Part shown: one piece after another, positions 1-12,616 of the stretch
Position numbering within the stretch: position 1 is the stretch's first letter
Layout of the letters: every line of letters begins with the position of its first letter
Origin: the human T2T-CHM13v2.0 reference genome, Homo sapiens
DNA length: 64,000 bases
Strand: one strand, 5' to 3'
Assembly (NCBI RefSeq): GCF_009914755.1
Contig: NC_060947.1
Program-made: the position numbers and the translations under genes
Notes under the pieces: model-generated
The model's input: only the letters and a program-made list of their open reading frames with translations
The model's database searches: none
Told to the model about the DNA's origin: nothing

Positions 1-962
1 TTTCAGTTACTTTCTCCGTACTTTTTTCAGGTATGTAGGACTCAGTCACTTTTAACTAGTTACTTGTTATAGCCGTTCCAGTCTTCTACTGTAACATTAT
101 GTTGTATATAGCGCCCTTCTTAATGTAGGACTTTTCTGAAAAGCTGAGTATCTCCTCAGTTTTTGACTAGGAAAGCAGTGAACCAGCACTGATTTTCTCA
201 GATTCTCCAGATTCTTTGATGTTTGTGTGTTGGGCTTGGGGTGAAGTAAAATGTTTGAATATTCTCTCTCCCTCTCTTTCTCTCTCTCATTATCCAGTCT
301 CCTTCCCATCCAAAATATTTTATTCCAACCTTTTATTTCTCTATGGTTCATACATAACTTCTGTGATAATATGAAGCATACTGTGTGTTCCCTATCTTGT
401 ATTCACTAAAAACTCTGAACACCATTGTGCTATGCAACTTCTAGTTGCATGTTTAGTGAAGGTATGCTACCAGCAAGTTTATATTTCCTCATACTATTAT
501 TTAATCAGTTAGTGCAATTCCTCATTTTGGGGTACCTGGTATATGCCTAAATATTTATACTTTGCTATATGGAGGCATTTATTTTCCCTCAGAAAACCTG
601 ACATTTTGTAAGATAATTCAGTGTAATGTTGAATATCATATTTGGTACATCACAGCAATTCTATTGAAAATTACGTTACCTGACACCCATACATACACAC
701 AAACTACCAAATAGTTCCCAAATAATCGGCTTACTTCCAAAATTGCAACAGGCCAAACACAAAAGAAAAGTTATAGAATAATATTAAATTTTATTCTGCA
801 CCATTTGCATATTTGGGAAAGTGTTAGTCAAACTGTAAATTTATGTAATTGCATCATTGAGCATATTCTCCAGTCTTGAGAAAACATTTTTGCATCTTTC
901 TAAGAATTGTTTCTCACTAGTTCCTAAATAAAGACTTCATCCTCAAATAAATCATGAATATA

Positions 963-1310
963 GAGATGCTCCTCAACTTATGATGGTGTTACATCCCAAT
1001 AAACCCCTAGTAAGTTCAAAAATACCATAAGTCAAAAATGCATTTAATACACCTAACCTACTGAATATCACAGCTTACCCTAGCTTACCTTAAATGTGCT
1101 CATAATACTTAGATTAGCCTACAGCAGGTAAAGTCATCTAACAGTAATCCCATTTTATAATAAAGCGTTGAATATCTCATATACCACATACAACTAGCCA
1201 AGAAAAAGACTAAAATTCAAAATTTGAACTACATGAAATTGCAATGGCTTTGCACCATTGTAAAGTTAAAAAAATCATAAGTCAAATCACTGTAAGTTGG
1301 GGACCATCCA
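963..1310 (+). mobile_element. MER47/Tigger5-type TcMar-Tigger non-autonomous DNA transposon
   Basis: Begins (c/g)AGATGCTCCTCAACTTATGATGG, ends GTAAGTTGGGGACCATC, flanked by TA on both sides; the same family occurs in reverse at 9444-9789. Confidence 0.85.
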
Positions 1311-1510
1311 TACCATTCAAATTCATTGATTTCAAAAGTAGCATATTTCTAGGACAGGTAGGTGATAAGCATTACAATTAGCATATATGAAAAAGTATTA
1401 AATATTCTTCTTTTATTAGATTATATGGAATGTATATGACATTAAGTGACCTTGTCAGTTCTATTTTTTAGTATTAAATAATTGTTAGCTAACAAAGTGA
1501 AAAATGCAAG

Positions 1511-3623
1511 GATCGGAGAGTAATATCAACATGTTAGTGGAAAAGGAGATCCTCAGCCTTTGCCCCCATACAGAAACCAGTTCGGCAAACGTTCATGGAA
1601 AAAAAATGTTTTTGTGAAAGCTCTGGACATAGGTAGTGATATGGAGTTAAGAAGTAATAATTTAGGCATATAGTGAGGATACGAGAGTCCTCATTAAGGT
1701 TTTCCTTTTAATAAAAAGCAGCCCCCGAATCATTTTGTTTTCTAACGAAGAGTGGCCTGTAAAATTGAGCTGCAGACATAGACAAGCAAGCTGGAAGCTT
1801 GCATGGGTGAATGTCGGCAGTTATATGCCAATAGGAAGAGGCTCCCTGGGACTAGACCTGTTCAAAATGGTGGCTCCATGTTTCCTTCTCTTTGCCAGCC
1901 ATGTGTACAGTAAGGAGCAGACCACATAGTGCCGGTCAAGTTGAAAGTCCATTTGCATAATAAGATTATGGTGGGGTGGCCCCCTTTACTGGAGTGCTAT
2001 GTAAATGTCACACCTGGTCCAACCAATCTGTTGGCCCTACGTAAATCAGACACCATCTCCTCAAATCTGTCTCTAAAATCTGGTGCACTCTGCCACAGGA
2101 CCGACTTCCCATTTGGGTGCCCCTCTCACTCACAAGAGAGAGAGCTGTTCTCTTTTCTCTTTATTTTGCCTTTTAAACCTCCACTCCTAAACTCATTCCT
2201 TGTGTGTGTCCATGTCCTTAATCTTCTTGGTGCAAGACAATGAACCTCAGGTATTTACCCCAAACAATGATGCTGCTTCAGTAGTAGGTTGAGACACTCC
2301 AGTGGAGCCCAAGACTAAGAAAAGCTGCTTTGCGAAGGGAAGCCAGTGCCCCCCAGTAGCAAACTGGCTAATTACAGACCTAGTTGCAAACCAAGAAGCA
2401 ACCTCATCTCCCTGTAGACTCAGTTCCAGCCCTACTCATCCACAGCCCTGCCAACAGCCTCACCTGCCTACCAACTAAACAGCAACCATACCCAGCCATG
2501 ACCCTGGTAACAGACTCATTTACTGTGGATCACACTGAGGATGAAGAAGCAGCCCTGTAATCCAGCTCTAGCCCCACTCAGCCATGGTCCTGAAAAGCAA
2601 GTTGTGTCCACCCAGGGACCTAGGAGGAGTCATATCCATCTTTACATTTGGCAATAGGCCTGCAAACCATGGACCCAGAAGCAGCCACATGACCCACCTC
2701 CAGCCCGACTTGATCATGGTCCTAGTGGCAGTCACACCTGCCAGGGACCTGTGGGGAGCCATGCCTGTCTGCATTCCCAGTTATAGGCCTGCCAATCATT
2801 GACCCAACTGGCGACCCCAGAAGCAGCCCATTATCCAGCTCCAGCTTCAATAGTAGACTTGATCAAGCAGAAGAAAGAATCAGTAAACTTGACAACAGAT
2901 TATTTGAAATTATCCAGTTTAAGAAACAACAACAACAACAAAAAGAATGAGAAAGAGTGAAGAAAGCTTATGGGATATATGGGACGCCATCAAGTTAGCT
3001 AATATATGCATTGTAAGAGTTCCAGTAGAAGAAGAGGGAAAGAAAGAAGTAGAAAGCTTATTTAAAGAAATAATGGATGAACATTTTCCAAATCTTGGGA
3101 GTGAAATGGACATCCAGATATATGAAGCCAAAAAGCCCCAAAATTGTTTGAACCTAAGGTAGTGTACACCAAGACACATTATAATAGCATTGTCAAAAGT
3201 CAAAGACAATAAGAATTTTGAAAGCAGCAAGAGAAAAGCAACTTGCCACGTACAAGGGAAGCCATATAAAATATCAGGGGATTTCTCAGCAGAGACAGTG
3301 CAAGCCAGTAGTGAGTAGGATGATATAGTCAAAGGTACTAAAAGAAAAATAGAAGACAAAAAACGGCCACCCAAGAATACCTGGCAAATCTGTTCTTTAA
3401 AAATGAATGGGAGACAAAAACTTTCCCAAACAACAAAACTCAAAGGAAATCATCACCACTAGACCTACCTTACAAGAAATGCTGACAGGAGTTCTTTGAG
3501 TTGAAATGAAAAGACGTTAAACATCAACATAGAAGCATAAGAGTATAAATATCACTTGTAAAGTTGTATATGCTAAATATCTTCAGCTTTTTATATGCCA
3601 ATTATACCTCAATTAAACAGCGT
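1511..3623 (+). mobile_element. Old L1M (L1MA/L1MB-type), internally deleted: 5'UTR + partial ORF1 + 3' terminus; interrupted by an LTR at 1637-2280
   Basis: ORF1-like translation (ORF 2947-3162: LWDIWDAIKLANICIVRVPVEE..LFKEIMDEHFPNL); L1M 3' terminus (TTGTATA..CAATTATACCTCAATTAAA) at 3564-3620; direct repeat AAAAATGCAAG(G/A)AT at 1500-1513 and 3624-3637. Confidence 0.8.
1637..2280 (+). mobile_element. ERV1 solo LTR, LTR9-like
   Basis: TG...CA termini, exact 4-bp TSD GTAG (1633-1636 and 2281-2284); start and end resemble the LTR9 consensus as I recall it. Confidence 0.85.
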
Positions 3624-6401
3624 AAAAATGCAAGAATAGAACCTTTTGATAACTATGTCATTAGAAAATTCAAGGACAGAAAAATTTTATTAGAGCATAT
3701 TGTTTTATCCCTAGTGTTTCTTCTCATTCGTTCCTTAGTGCCAGACTCAGGGGTCTGCTTATTTTCACACATCAGATCATGAAATTTGGAAGTGCACAGC
3801 AGAAAAAAGTAAAATATATCTTTCAGCAAAATTAAGAGAAATTCACACAATTTTCTTTTTGCCCCTATATAGGCCTTCATCTTAGGAAACAGAAAAAATT
3901 GTTTAATGTCATTCTCAAGGTGACAGAATTTTTATCAAGTATTTGATTTCTGTAAAGAGACAACATATTTTCTTTCACATTCAAGGAAAAAAAAAGTGGA
4001 AGATCAGCCATACCTTTCAAAATAAAATATTGTTGAAGCACAATATAAATACGAAAAATGTGCTGAAACCTAGACTGAACTTTTGTAGGAAAATAAAACA
4101 GCTTTTAGAAAATTATAGAACAAATGACAATTTGAATTCTTCTTCACATTGTTTTTTTACTGAAAGAAATTTTGCCTGACCTTTGATCAAATTCAAATGC
4201 ATATTATTCTATGATGTTAATTCATTTCTTATTAATGAACTGGGCCACGTATAATTTTATTTTTCTAAATTTATCACAAATCTATGAAAACTATATATAT
4301 ATAGTTTTTGTTGATAAATTTAGAAAAATAAAATTCATCCTCATGATTGATTGCAAAGCAGGACATTTTTTTCCTCTTCAAAACATTAATTTTTTTATAG
4401 CAATTTAGAGGAGGTGAAGCAACTTTAGGTATGGTTGTCATCTCCTGAGAACATTCTACATAAGCATACCTGGATGCAGGATAGTCTAATTCTTGAGAAT
4501 TAGAAACCTATTTTTTCCTTTACCTTTCATTTGAATAAATTTCCTTCTTTACCTATATTAATATGAATCTTGTCAGCTTGGTTAAAATGTATATCTTCTT
4601 GCTGATTAAAAAAAGTACATACAGTTAACAAATAAACCCACAAACATGTGGACAGTCCAAGTTAATATACAACCTCAAGTTCAAGGAGCTACTTTATTGC
4701 TTTTACATTATGTAATTTCATAAAAGAATCTTAATAGAATGAATAAATTGAATTTTGTCCAGTGTTGAACTAGAACTTACTCTTTTTAAGTGGTGCCAAA
4801 AATATTTATATTCATGTTTCTGTTTAGTTAACATTGTAATAACCACTTTCCCTCTAATGTAACATTACTTACTGGTACAGTACATTCTCAGAGAGAAACT
4901 ATTTGGTGAATATTGCTTAGTGACAAGAGGGCATTACTATATTGTTGTAGTACAAATCCCTAAATTTCCTTGCCTTGATAGGTTTATGCCTTAAGCACAA
5001 TGGTGTTTGAATGTAAGTTATTTTTGTTTAATTTCTTCCTGGCAGAATAACTCATCTTGACAGCATTTCATTTAGTCTTTCAGTACAAATAACCTCTGTA
5101 AAATTCCAATGAAATTGTTTTACCATTATAAAATACTTTCAAATAGTGGTAATACAACAATTACGTAGCTGTAATTTTACTCTTAAAACTATTTTGCCCA
5201 AATTTATATTCTCACATTACAATATCATCGTGCAATAGCTCTAAGATTCTGTTGACATTGTAATAACAATTAAATAGTCTCATCCCAGGCTACAAATAGA
5301 ATTGTACTCAAATTGATCATTGAAATTCTACATTGTAAGAACATTGTAAAGCCTTCTTCATATGGTCTCCGTAAGCTACTACTGGAATCTTTGTGTTTCA
5401 TTTTTAAATGTAAACTTTGTATAAGATGCCAGGAATTTAGTACCAAATTGCAAAATCAACACAAAAAGTCACAATTTCCCTTTCTCCATTCAACATTTTT
5501 CAAACTAATAGTTAACTTCCAATTATTTTATTTTATCTTAAAATTATTTTTTAATGAGTAGGATTTATCAAAGTCAAAAGACAATATAAAACATTCCTTG
5601 GGATTTTGATGACTAAGCTCATTGTGGAATTTTTTCTTTTATAGTCCAGAGTAGAAACATGAACTGTAATCAAAGAGTATGGAACTGTAACCCCTTAATG
5701 TTTATACAGAGCTGGCTGTGGGGAAAAGAAAAAAAAGCAGTGCTAATAAAGGTCAGGGACTGAGTGACTACAAACCAGAGTATTTAAGAGATATATTTTA
5801 TTTTAAGATTAAATCCTCCTTATGGAAATTTTGGTCCTGAGTTAAGGAATAACTCTGATGGGTAGTCTTAGAGCCTATATATGACTGGTAAAAATCTCAG
5901 AAATTTCAGCCAATATATGTTTCTTAAATCCTGGCTCTGATGTCTGAAAGTGTTTCACATAACCAGTGCCATACAGGTCCTCATCACCTCACATCTTAGT
6001 ATTTTTGTTTGTTGTTGTTGCTCTGGAGAGGGCTCTAGTTTATTCAGACTTTCACTGTCTCTGGCCTAGTCTACTTAATCTTAGCATTCTCACTATCTCC
6101 CTCACCCCACTCTCTCTCTACTCCAATCCATTCTCTACTTTTAATCTAAATTCTCTAAAATATGCTTTCATTGAATTTTCCACATACCATAATGACTTTT
6201 TTTGTTCCTGAATTATTGTTCCACGTTTAGTCTTTATGTCATAATCAAGTACTGGACTTTATATGTCTTTGTATTGATCTTTAATTGTTTTTTTCCTGTC
6301 CCTCTTATTTTCTTGCTTGATACTTTCAGGTGAGTTAACATTTATAAGTGCTGCTTTAAGAATTTTTTGTGCTGGTTTGTATTAGCTTCCAGATCCTGAC
6401 A

Positions 6402-6485
6402 CAAAAAAAAAGAAAGAAGAAAGAAGGAAAGAAAGAAAGAAGAAGGAAGGAAAGAAAAAGAAAGAAAGAGAGAGAGAGAAAGAAA

Positions 6486-6541
<56 letters not shown>

Positions 6542-6572
6542 GAGAGAGGAAGGAAGGAAGGAAAGAAAGAAA

Positions 6573-6632
<60 letters not shown>

Positions 6633-6670
6633 GGAAAGAAAGAAAAAGAAAGAAAGAAAGAAAAAAAGGA
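6402..6670 (+). repeat. Compound (GAAA)n/(GGAA)n/(GA)n polypurine microsatellite
   Basis: About 270 bp of A/G only; source of the K/E/R-rich and F/L/S-rich ORFs at 6342-6729. Confidence 0.97.
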
Positions 6671-7989
6671 ACACTTTTTATGTTGGTAGAATCATAGTTT
6701 TCCAAAGTTGGTCTCTTCAGCAGCCTCACTAAAAAAGAACAATCATTAAAAAGTTGGAAAAGATGCCAATTAATAGGCTTTTAAGCTGTATTCCATTATA
6801 CCAAAAGGGGCAGATGGGCGGGTTTAAACGCTTTATGAATCTAAGTAAGCAGTAGCTTCAGAGAAGTGTTTAGAGGGGAGACGAAGTATAATTATCCTTT
6901 AAACCAAGTTGGGATATTTCTTTTTGAGTACCTTTTGCTCACTGGCAGCCATCTCAATTAAACAGAATTACTATTCCAATTAAACTACCATTGTTGTTGT
7001 TAATTAGTATTAATTCTGTTAGAAATGATGATCAAATACCCTTCATTATTTACCAATTTGAAATTAAGGGCCTGTTATCTTAGCTTTTTAGTCCAATATG
7101 TTTTTGTACAACGATGAATTTATAGAATCCTACTGATAATTAATATTAATTCCACCTGTTGTGAACTTCAGACTAATAATCTTCAGGGCTAACTAGGTAG
7201 GAATTTTTGGTGTTACAATAAAAATTAAAATATACATTTGTAAATAAACAAGCAAACTGAAACACATTTTATTAATGACTAAGGCTTGATTTGGCAACAT
7301 TCTATAGATGGCAAGTCCAAGAAAATTGATTTATAGTTAATAGCTGTAAATAATTACTATGTTAAATTTACTCAACAGAGCAGTATTTGCTGTAATTTTG
7401 TGATTTCTGTTTTAATAACACATTATTCAACATGGCAATTCCCTGAATAATTTTAAAATAAATGAAATGTCTTTGTTAAAAGTTTATTTTTATAATTTTA
7501 AGTTAATCAACAAAAATATCTTAAAGAGTGTGTTTCTGAAGTTTCTGTCATCAAGAATAAACTTTCATGCTTATCTTGTTCATTTTTTTTATGCCGAGCA
7601 GTTTAGGAATAAAAAAATTCTGTTCATTTTTAATATTGATGTCAAAATATCATGAAATACATTTTTATAGAAAATTACTTTTTTATGTTTTTATAAGAAA
7701 ATCAAGATGTAGAACTTAAAACCTGTTAACTAGCTAAATATAAGTGCAGATGTAGATAGATAGACACCGTAAACATTTACATGTTTCATGTATTTATATG
7801 AAACATGCAGATAATTGAAGCAAAATGTGCTTCTCTTTTCCTATTTGCTTTCAATTACCCAGATATTTCTTGAAGTTCTACTTTGCTTTGATTGGGTAAA
7901 TATTTAATGTACTTGTTAAGCATGCTATTCCTATTTTCTATAATATTGCCATTTTCTTTTCAAAATATATATACAAGGAGCTTTTTGTT

Positions 7990-8430
7990 AGTAAACACGT
8001 TGATATGTTGGGAAGACGATGCACCTGGAGAAGGTAGGGAAGTTCTATGCCACACTCTCCTCTCATACTTTACCCTATGCCTATCTTACATGTGGCTGTT
8101 TTTGAGTTGTATCCTTTATGCTAAACTGGTGAAAATAAGTAAAGTGTTTTCCTGCATTCTGTGAGTCATTCCACTATCAATCCTGGGAAGGAGGTTGTAG
8201 GAAACCCTGATTTTATAGCTGGTCAATATGGGTGGTCCCTAAACCTTGTGACTGGCATCTAAAATGTGGGAAGTCATGTTGGACTGAGCTCTTAACCTGT
8301 GGGGTCTGTGATAACTATGAACAGTTGGTGTCAGAATTGAGTTAAATTTTTGAACCCCTAGTGGGTGTCAGAGTGTTGAAAAATTGGTGAGAAAATTCCC
8401 CACGCATTTGCTGTCAGAAGTAGTGTCAGA
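7990..8430 (+). mobile_element. MER21C-like LTR (5' LTR of an ERV-L-type provirus, 5'-truncated)
   Basis: MER21-type sequence (TTGAGTTGTATCCTTTA..AAGTAAAGTGTTTTCCTG..GGTGTCAGAATTGA); 7991-8140 aligns by eye with 21401-21546. Confidence 0.75.
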
Positions 8431-8637
8431 AAGAAGCTTAGAGTTGTTTTCAGAAATGTGTGTTTAACTGTAAAGGCTCTGGATCACAGAAACATTTGGT
8501 TTGGAAAAATAGAAAAGGATAAAAGGGCAAGGTATGAGAAACCTTTAATTCCTTTGTGGCTAAGTGTATATCCATAGTATGAAATGATAATTGTGTTGAA
8601 ATCAGTTCCTAAAGTTAAAAATTCTTGATAGAATTTA

Positions 8638-8973
<336 letters not shown>

Positions 8974-9443
8974 TCACGGAAGCCATAAAAAATGCAACTC
9001 ATAAAAATATATCATCCCTTGGTTATTGTTATAATTATTAGCTAAAATGAAATGAAGAGAGTGCTGGTTTGGGCTTAGATGCTCGGCCAAGCTAAAATTT
9101 TTGTTTTTCTGAGCTTTGATCACTAGCTTCAAATCTTCTCCAAAGGAAAAAAAAAAATGCAGGGACAACATAATGTACCTGTAAGGCCTCTGCTAAACAA
9201 AAAGGTAGTCCATGTGGGAGGAGGAAAAAAATATGAGAAACTACTGTAACCAAGGAATATAGTGTGAAGAAATCGTCTCATGTAAATCAGCTTAATCAGC
9301 TTCCTATACAATCTTTATTAAATGGATTGTGAAAGTGAGTAGCTTAGAGTCAGTTTCTGGTTCTGAACGCTGCAGAGTAGAGTAGCATATTTGGGTTGAT
9401 ATAGTACCTAAAACTCAACATGGAACAATCACAGATGGCTAAA

Positions 9444-9789
9444 CAGGTAGTCCCTAGCTTATAATAGTTTGACTTAGGTGGTGCAAAAATAATACAAATT
9501 CAGTGAAAACCGCACTTCAAGTCCTCACAGAAACATTCTGTATACTTTCAGTACAGTATCCAATAAACCACATGATATATTCAGTACTTCATTATAAAAT
9601 AGTCTTTGTGTTATATTATTTTGCCCAGCTGTAGGCTAATGTAAGTGTTCTGAACACATTTAAGCTAGGCTAGAGTATGCTATAATATTCTGTAGGATAT
9701 CTATAATAAATTCATTTACAACTTATAATATTTTCTACCTACAATGGGTTTATTGGAAAATTACCTCACTGTTACTTGAGGAGCATCTG
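9444..9789 (-). mobile_element. MER47A-like Tigger-family DNA transposon
   Basis: Ends GAGGAGCATCTG-TA, the reverse complement of the start of the element at 963. Confidence 0.85.
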
Positions 9790-9884
9790 TACCTGATCCA
9801 GACACACAACAAGTTATTCCTTTGGGAACAGCCAGCCTGGTGAAGTGCAGAAAAGCCACTTTGAAGTCTATCCTGAAAAGGGGA

Positions 9885-10238
9885 AGCCTTAGTCAGTTGG
9901 AGCTGCTATGACAAAGTATCTCAGCCTAGGTAATTTATAAACAACACAAACTTATTCACCACAGTCTGGAGGCTGGGAAATTCAAGTCAAGGCACCAGAA
10001 GATCTGGTGTCTAATGAGAGCCTGTTTTTTATAGATGGTGCCTTCTATGTGTTCTCACATGGCAGATGGGATGAACAAGCTCCCTCAGGACTCTTCATAA
10101 GGGCATTCATGTCATTTATGAAGGTAGAACCCTCATTACCTAATCACCTCCAAAGTTACCACCTCTTAATACCACCACATTGAGGGTTAGGTTTTAACAT
10201 ATGAATTTTAGATGTACTTAAGCATTCAGATCATAGGA
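9885..10238 (-). mobile_element. MaLR LTR, MLT1A/MLT1A0-like
   Basis: TTAGTC..GCTGCTATGACAAA..CTGGAGGCTGGGAAATTCAAG..TAATCACCTCCAAAG..CATTCAGATCATAG. Confidence 0.85.
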
Positions 10239-12616
10239 TGAGGATTGTCAGATTCTTCCTACAATGCCAAGTGGAACACCCAAGATAAAGAATCAGGTGC
10301 ACTTATGATTCAGCCATGAGAGGCTGGCTTTGTGATGACTGGAATATTCACTTATTAAATATGACCATTACCCGGTAATGGTAAATGCTGTGGTTAAGAA
10401 GGCCTCTTTTGCATGAGTACTCCATGGAATCTTACTGCTGAAAAACTGAGCAATCTAGTCTGAAAAGTCTTACCAAATTTTCTGTCTCAGCTTCCCCCAT
10501 GGGTCTTATAGAAGCTAATAAAGCACTAGATTAATTAACAAGAGAATGGAGGAAAGCAGCAAGGAGAGTCAAGGGATTCATCCTAGCAGGCTTGAAATTT
10601 TTAAATGCTTGTTAAGAAACAGCACGAATAGAAGTAACGTTGAGGGGGGCAAAACAAAGAGGAAAAAAATAGAGAGTCAAGGGACTCAGCCATCAGGGTG
10701 AAAATGTTTAGATGGTGCTATGGTGTGAATGTATGTTCCCCTTCAAAATTCATATGTTGAAACCTAATCTTTAATGTCGTGGTATTAAGAGGTGGGACAT
10801 TTCAGTCCATGAGGGCTCCACCTTTATGAATAACATTACTCCCCTTGTAAAAGAGGCCTGAGATACCTTGTTCATTTCTTTTGCCATATGATGACACATA
10901 GAAGTTGCCGCGTATAAGGAACAGGCCCTTAAAATAACACTGAATCTCCTGGCACCTTGATCTTGGATTTTGCAGTCTTCAGAATTATGAACAATAAGTT
11001 TGTGTTGTTTATAAATTACTTTTTTTCCCAAGATAGTAAATTAGAGGCTTTCAGCATGCCTCTCAGACATTTGGAAATAGCAAAATTATATGCAAAGATA
11101 AACACTGTGAGCTTTAATTCAAGAAAGAAAATAAGAATTCACCAGAATAGCAAAAAAAAAATCTCCAGACCCCAGAAAGGAGAAGGTGGGCAACCAACCA
11201 TTGTGACAGGGTTCAGCTGATAAAGTGAGTGAAAGCCCCAGTACTTAAAGGGGAAGCCAATCTTCCTCTGTGTCTCACGTTTTGGCTAATGATCTGTGCA
11301 ACTCAGGCCAACGAAGAGTGCCCTGTTTCGCTCAAGCCTGAGAGCTAGCTTGGGGAGATGATAACAGACAGAGAGAGAAAAGACACCAGAAATAATTGCA
11401 GGCATTTTCCCAGACCTGGGACTGAAAGAAGGATGTCATTTTAAATCTGGGATCACAAAACATCAGTCGTTGTTTAGCAACCTGGCAATAGCAGCCACTG
11501 GAGACATTTAGGCTAGAGATTGGAGTGCTGCTCTAGAGCAGAAGGGCCCCTGCAGTCAGAATAGAATAGTAAACAAGGAGAGCACCCCAGCAGTAACAGC
11601 TGGAATTAGGCTCTCTCCCATCCCAGAACTGGTGCAGGAGGAGAGCTGCAGAGATGATATTTATCCTGGATGGCATGACTTCCAATCAGGGACAGCTTTA
11701 CAACCTAGGAAATGTCTGCACTGGCCATTACTAGGTGCCCCAGGCTGCTCCCTTGGTCAGTAAAGAAAGAGTGCCCCAACAGTTCAGAGAAGAACGGAGG
11801 TGGTCCCCTCTCCCCTGGAGATTTAACCTTTGACATGGACCACCTCTCAAACAGCAGGGAGTGCAGCTCACCAAAGACCCCCTTGGATAAAAGGAAACAT
11901 GGGATATGGTGCCAACTGCTGAATTAGGCAACATTACAGCCTTGGAATGGACTTATAGATGGGGTCATCTCTGGCCCTCCACCCCTTCTGCCCAGTACAC
12001 TGCTGCAGACACGTCACCGGCTCTTCCTACAGAGCCCCAGGGAGCATGGGCTGAAAGAGGTGCTAATTGGGTCCCTCTGGTGGCTCCTTCCCCACCAAAG
12101 ACTAGTACACGGAAGAAGAGCACTTCTTGCACTTCTCTGTTACCTCCCCCTCCACTGAAAGTGAGTAAACACAGAATAAGAGCTTCTGCTGACCCTAACT
12201 CTTAAGCACTACCTACTGGACTGCAGGCCAAATTATAACTCCAAAGGAGAATACATTGCTACACTAAGCAATGTCTGAGAAAGTCACTTTATGAAGCAAT
12301 CTGCAACCAAGGAGCCTGTACAGAGCCCTTGACCTCTGCAAGTACCCAGTAATGAAGCCAATCAATTATGTAGAACATACACCACAGTCATACCATCAAG
12401 GAAAAACAATAAAAAATCAAATAGACCCATCTAAATGATATTAAATTTTATAAAGAAGTATCATCTCCTTCAGATAAGAAGGAGCCAGTGCAAGAACACT
12501 GGAAACACAAAAAAGTCAGTCTTCGTCACCTCCAAAGGATCATACTAACTCCTAGCAACGAATGTTAACCAGAGTGAAATGTCTGAAATTATAGATATAG
12601 AATGCAGAATACAGAT

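Noticed and set aside
2395-2845. Regularly spaced repeats that could suggest a CRISPR-like array
   Set aside because: Whole units are homologous with no unique spacers, lie in an L1 5'UTR, and the DNA is primate
6342-6729. 106-115 aa ORFs (K/E/R-rich and F/L/S-rich)
   Set aside because: Translations of the (GAAA)n repeat; same for the ORFs at 44235-44420, 19884-20282 and 61594-62071
7780-7807. 10-bp inverted repeat CATGTTTCAT/ATGAAACATG
   Set aside because: Too short for a pre-miRNA or MITE; expected in AT-rich DNA
12070-12086. CTCF-like CCACCAGAGGG on the minus strand
   Set aside because: Mismatches in the 3' core of the motif and located inside an L1 5'UTR; unsupported without ChIP data
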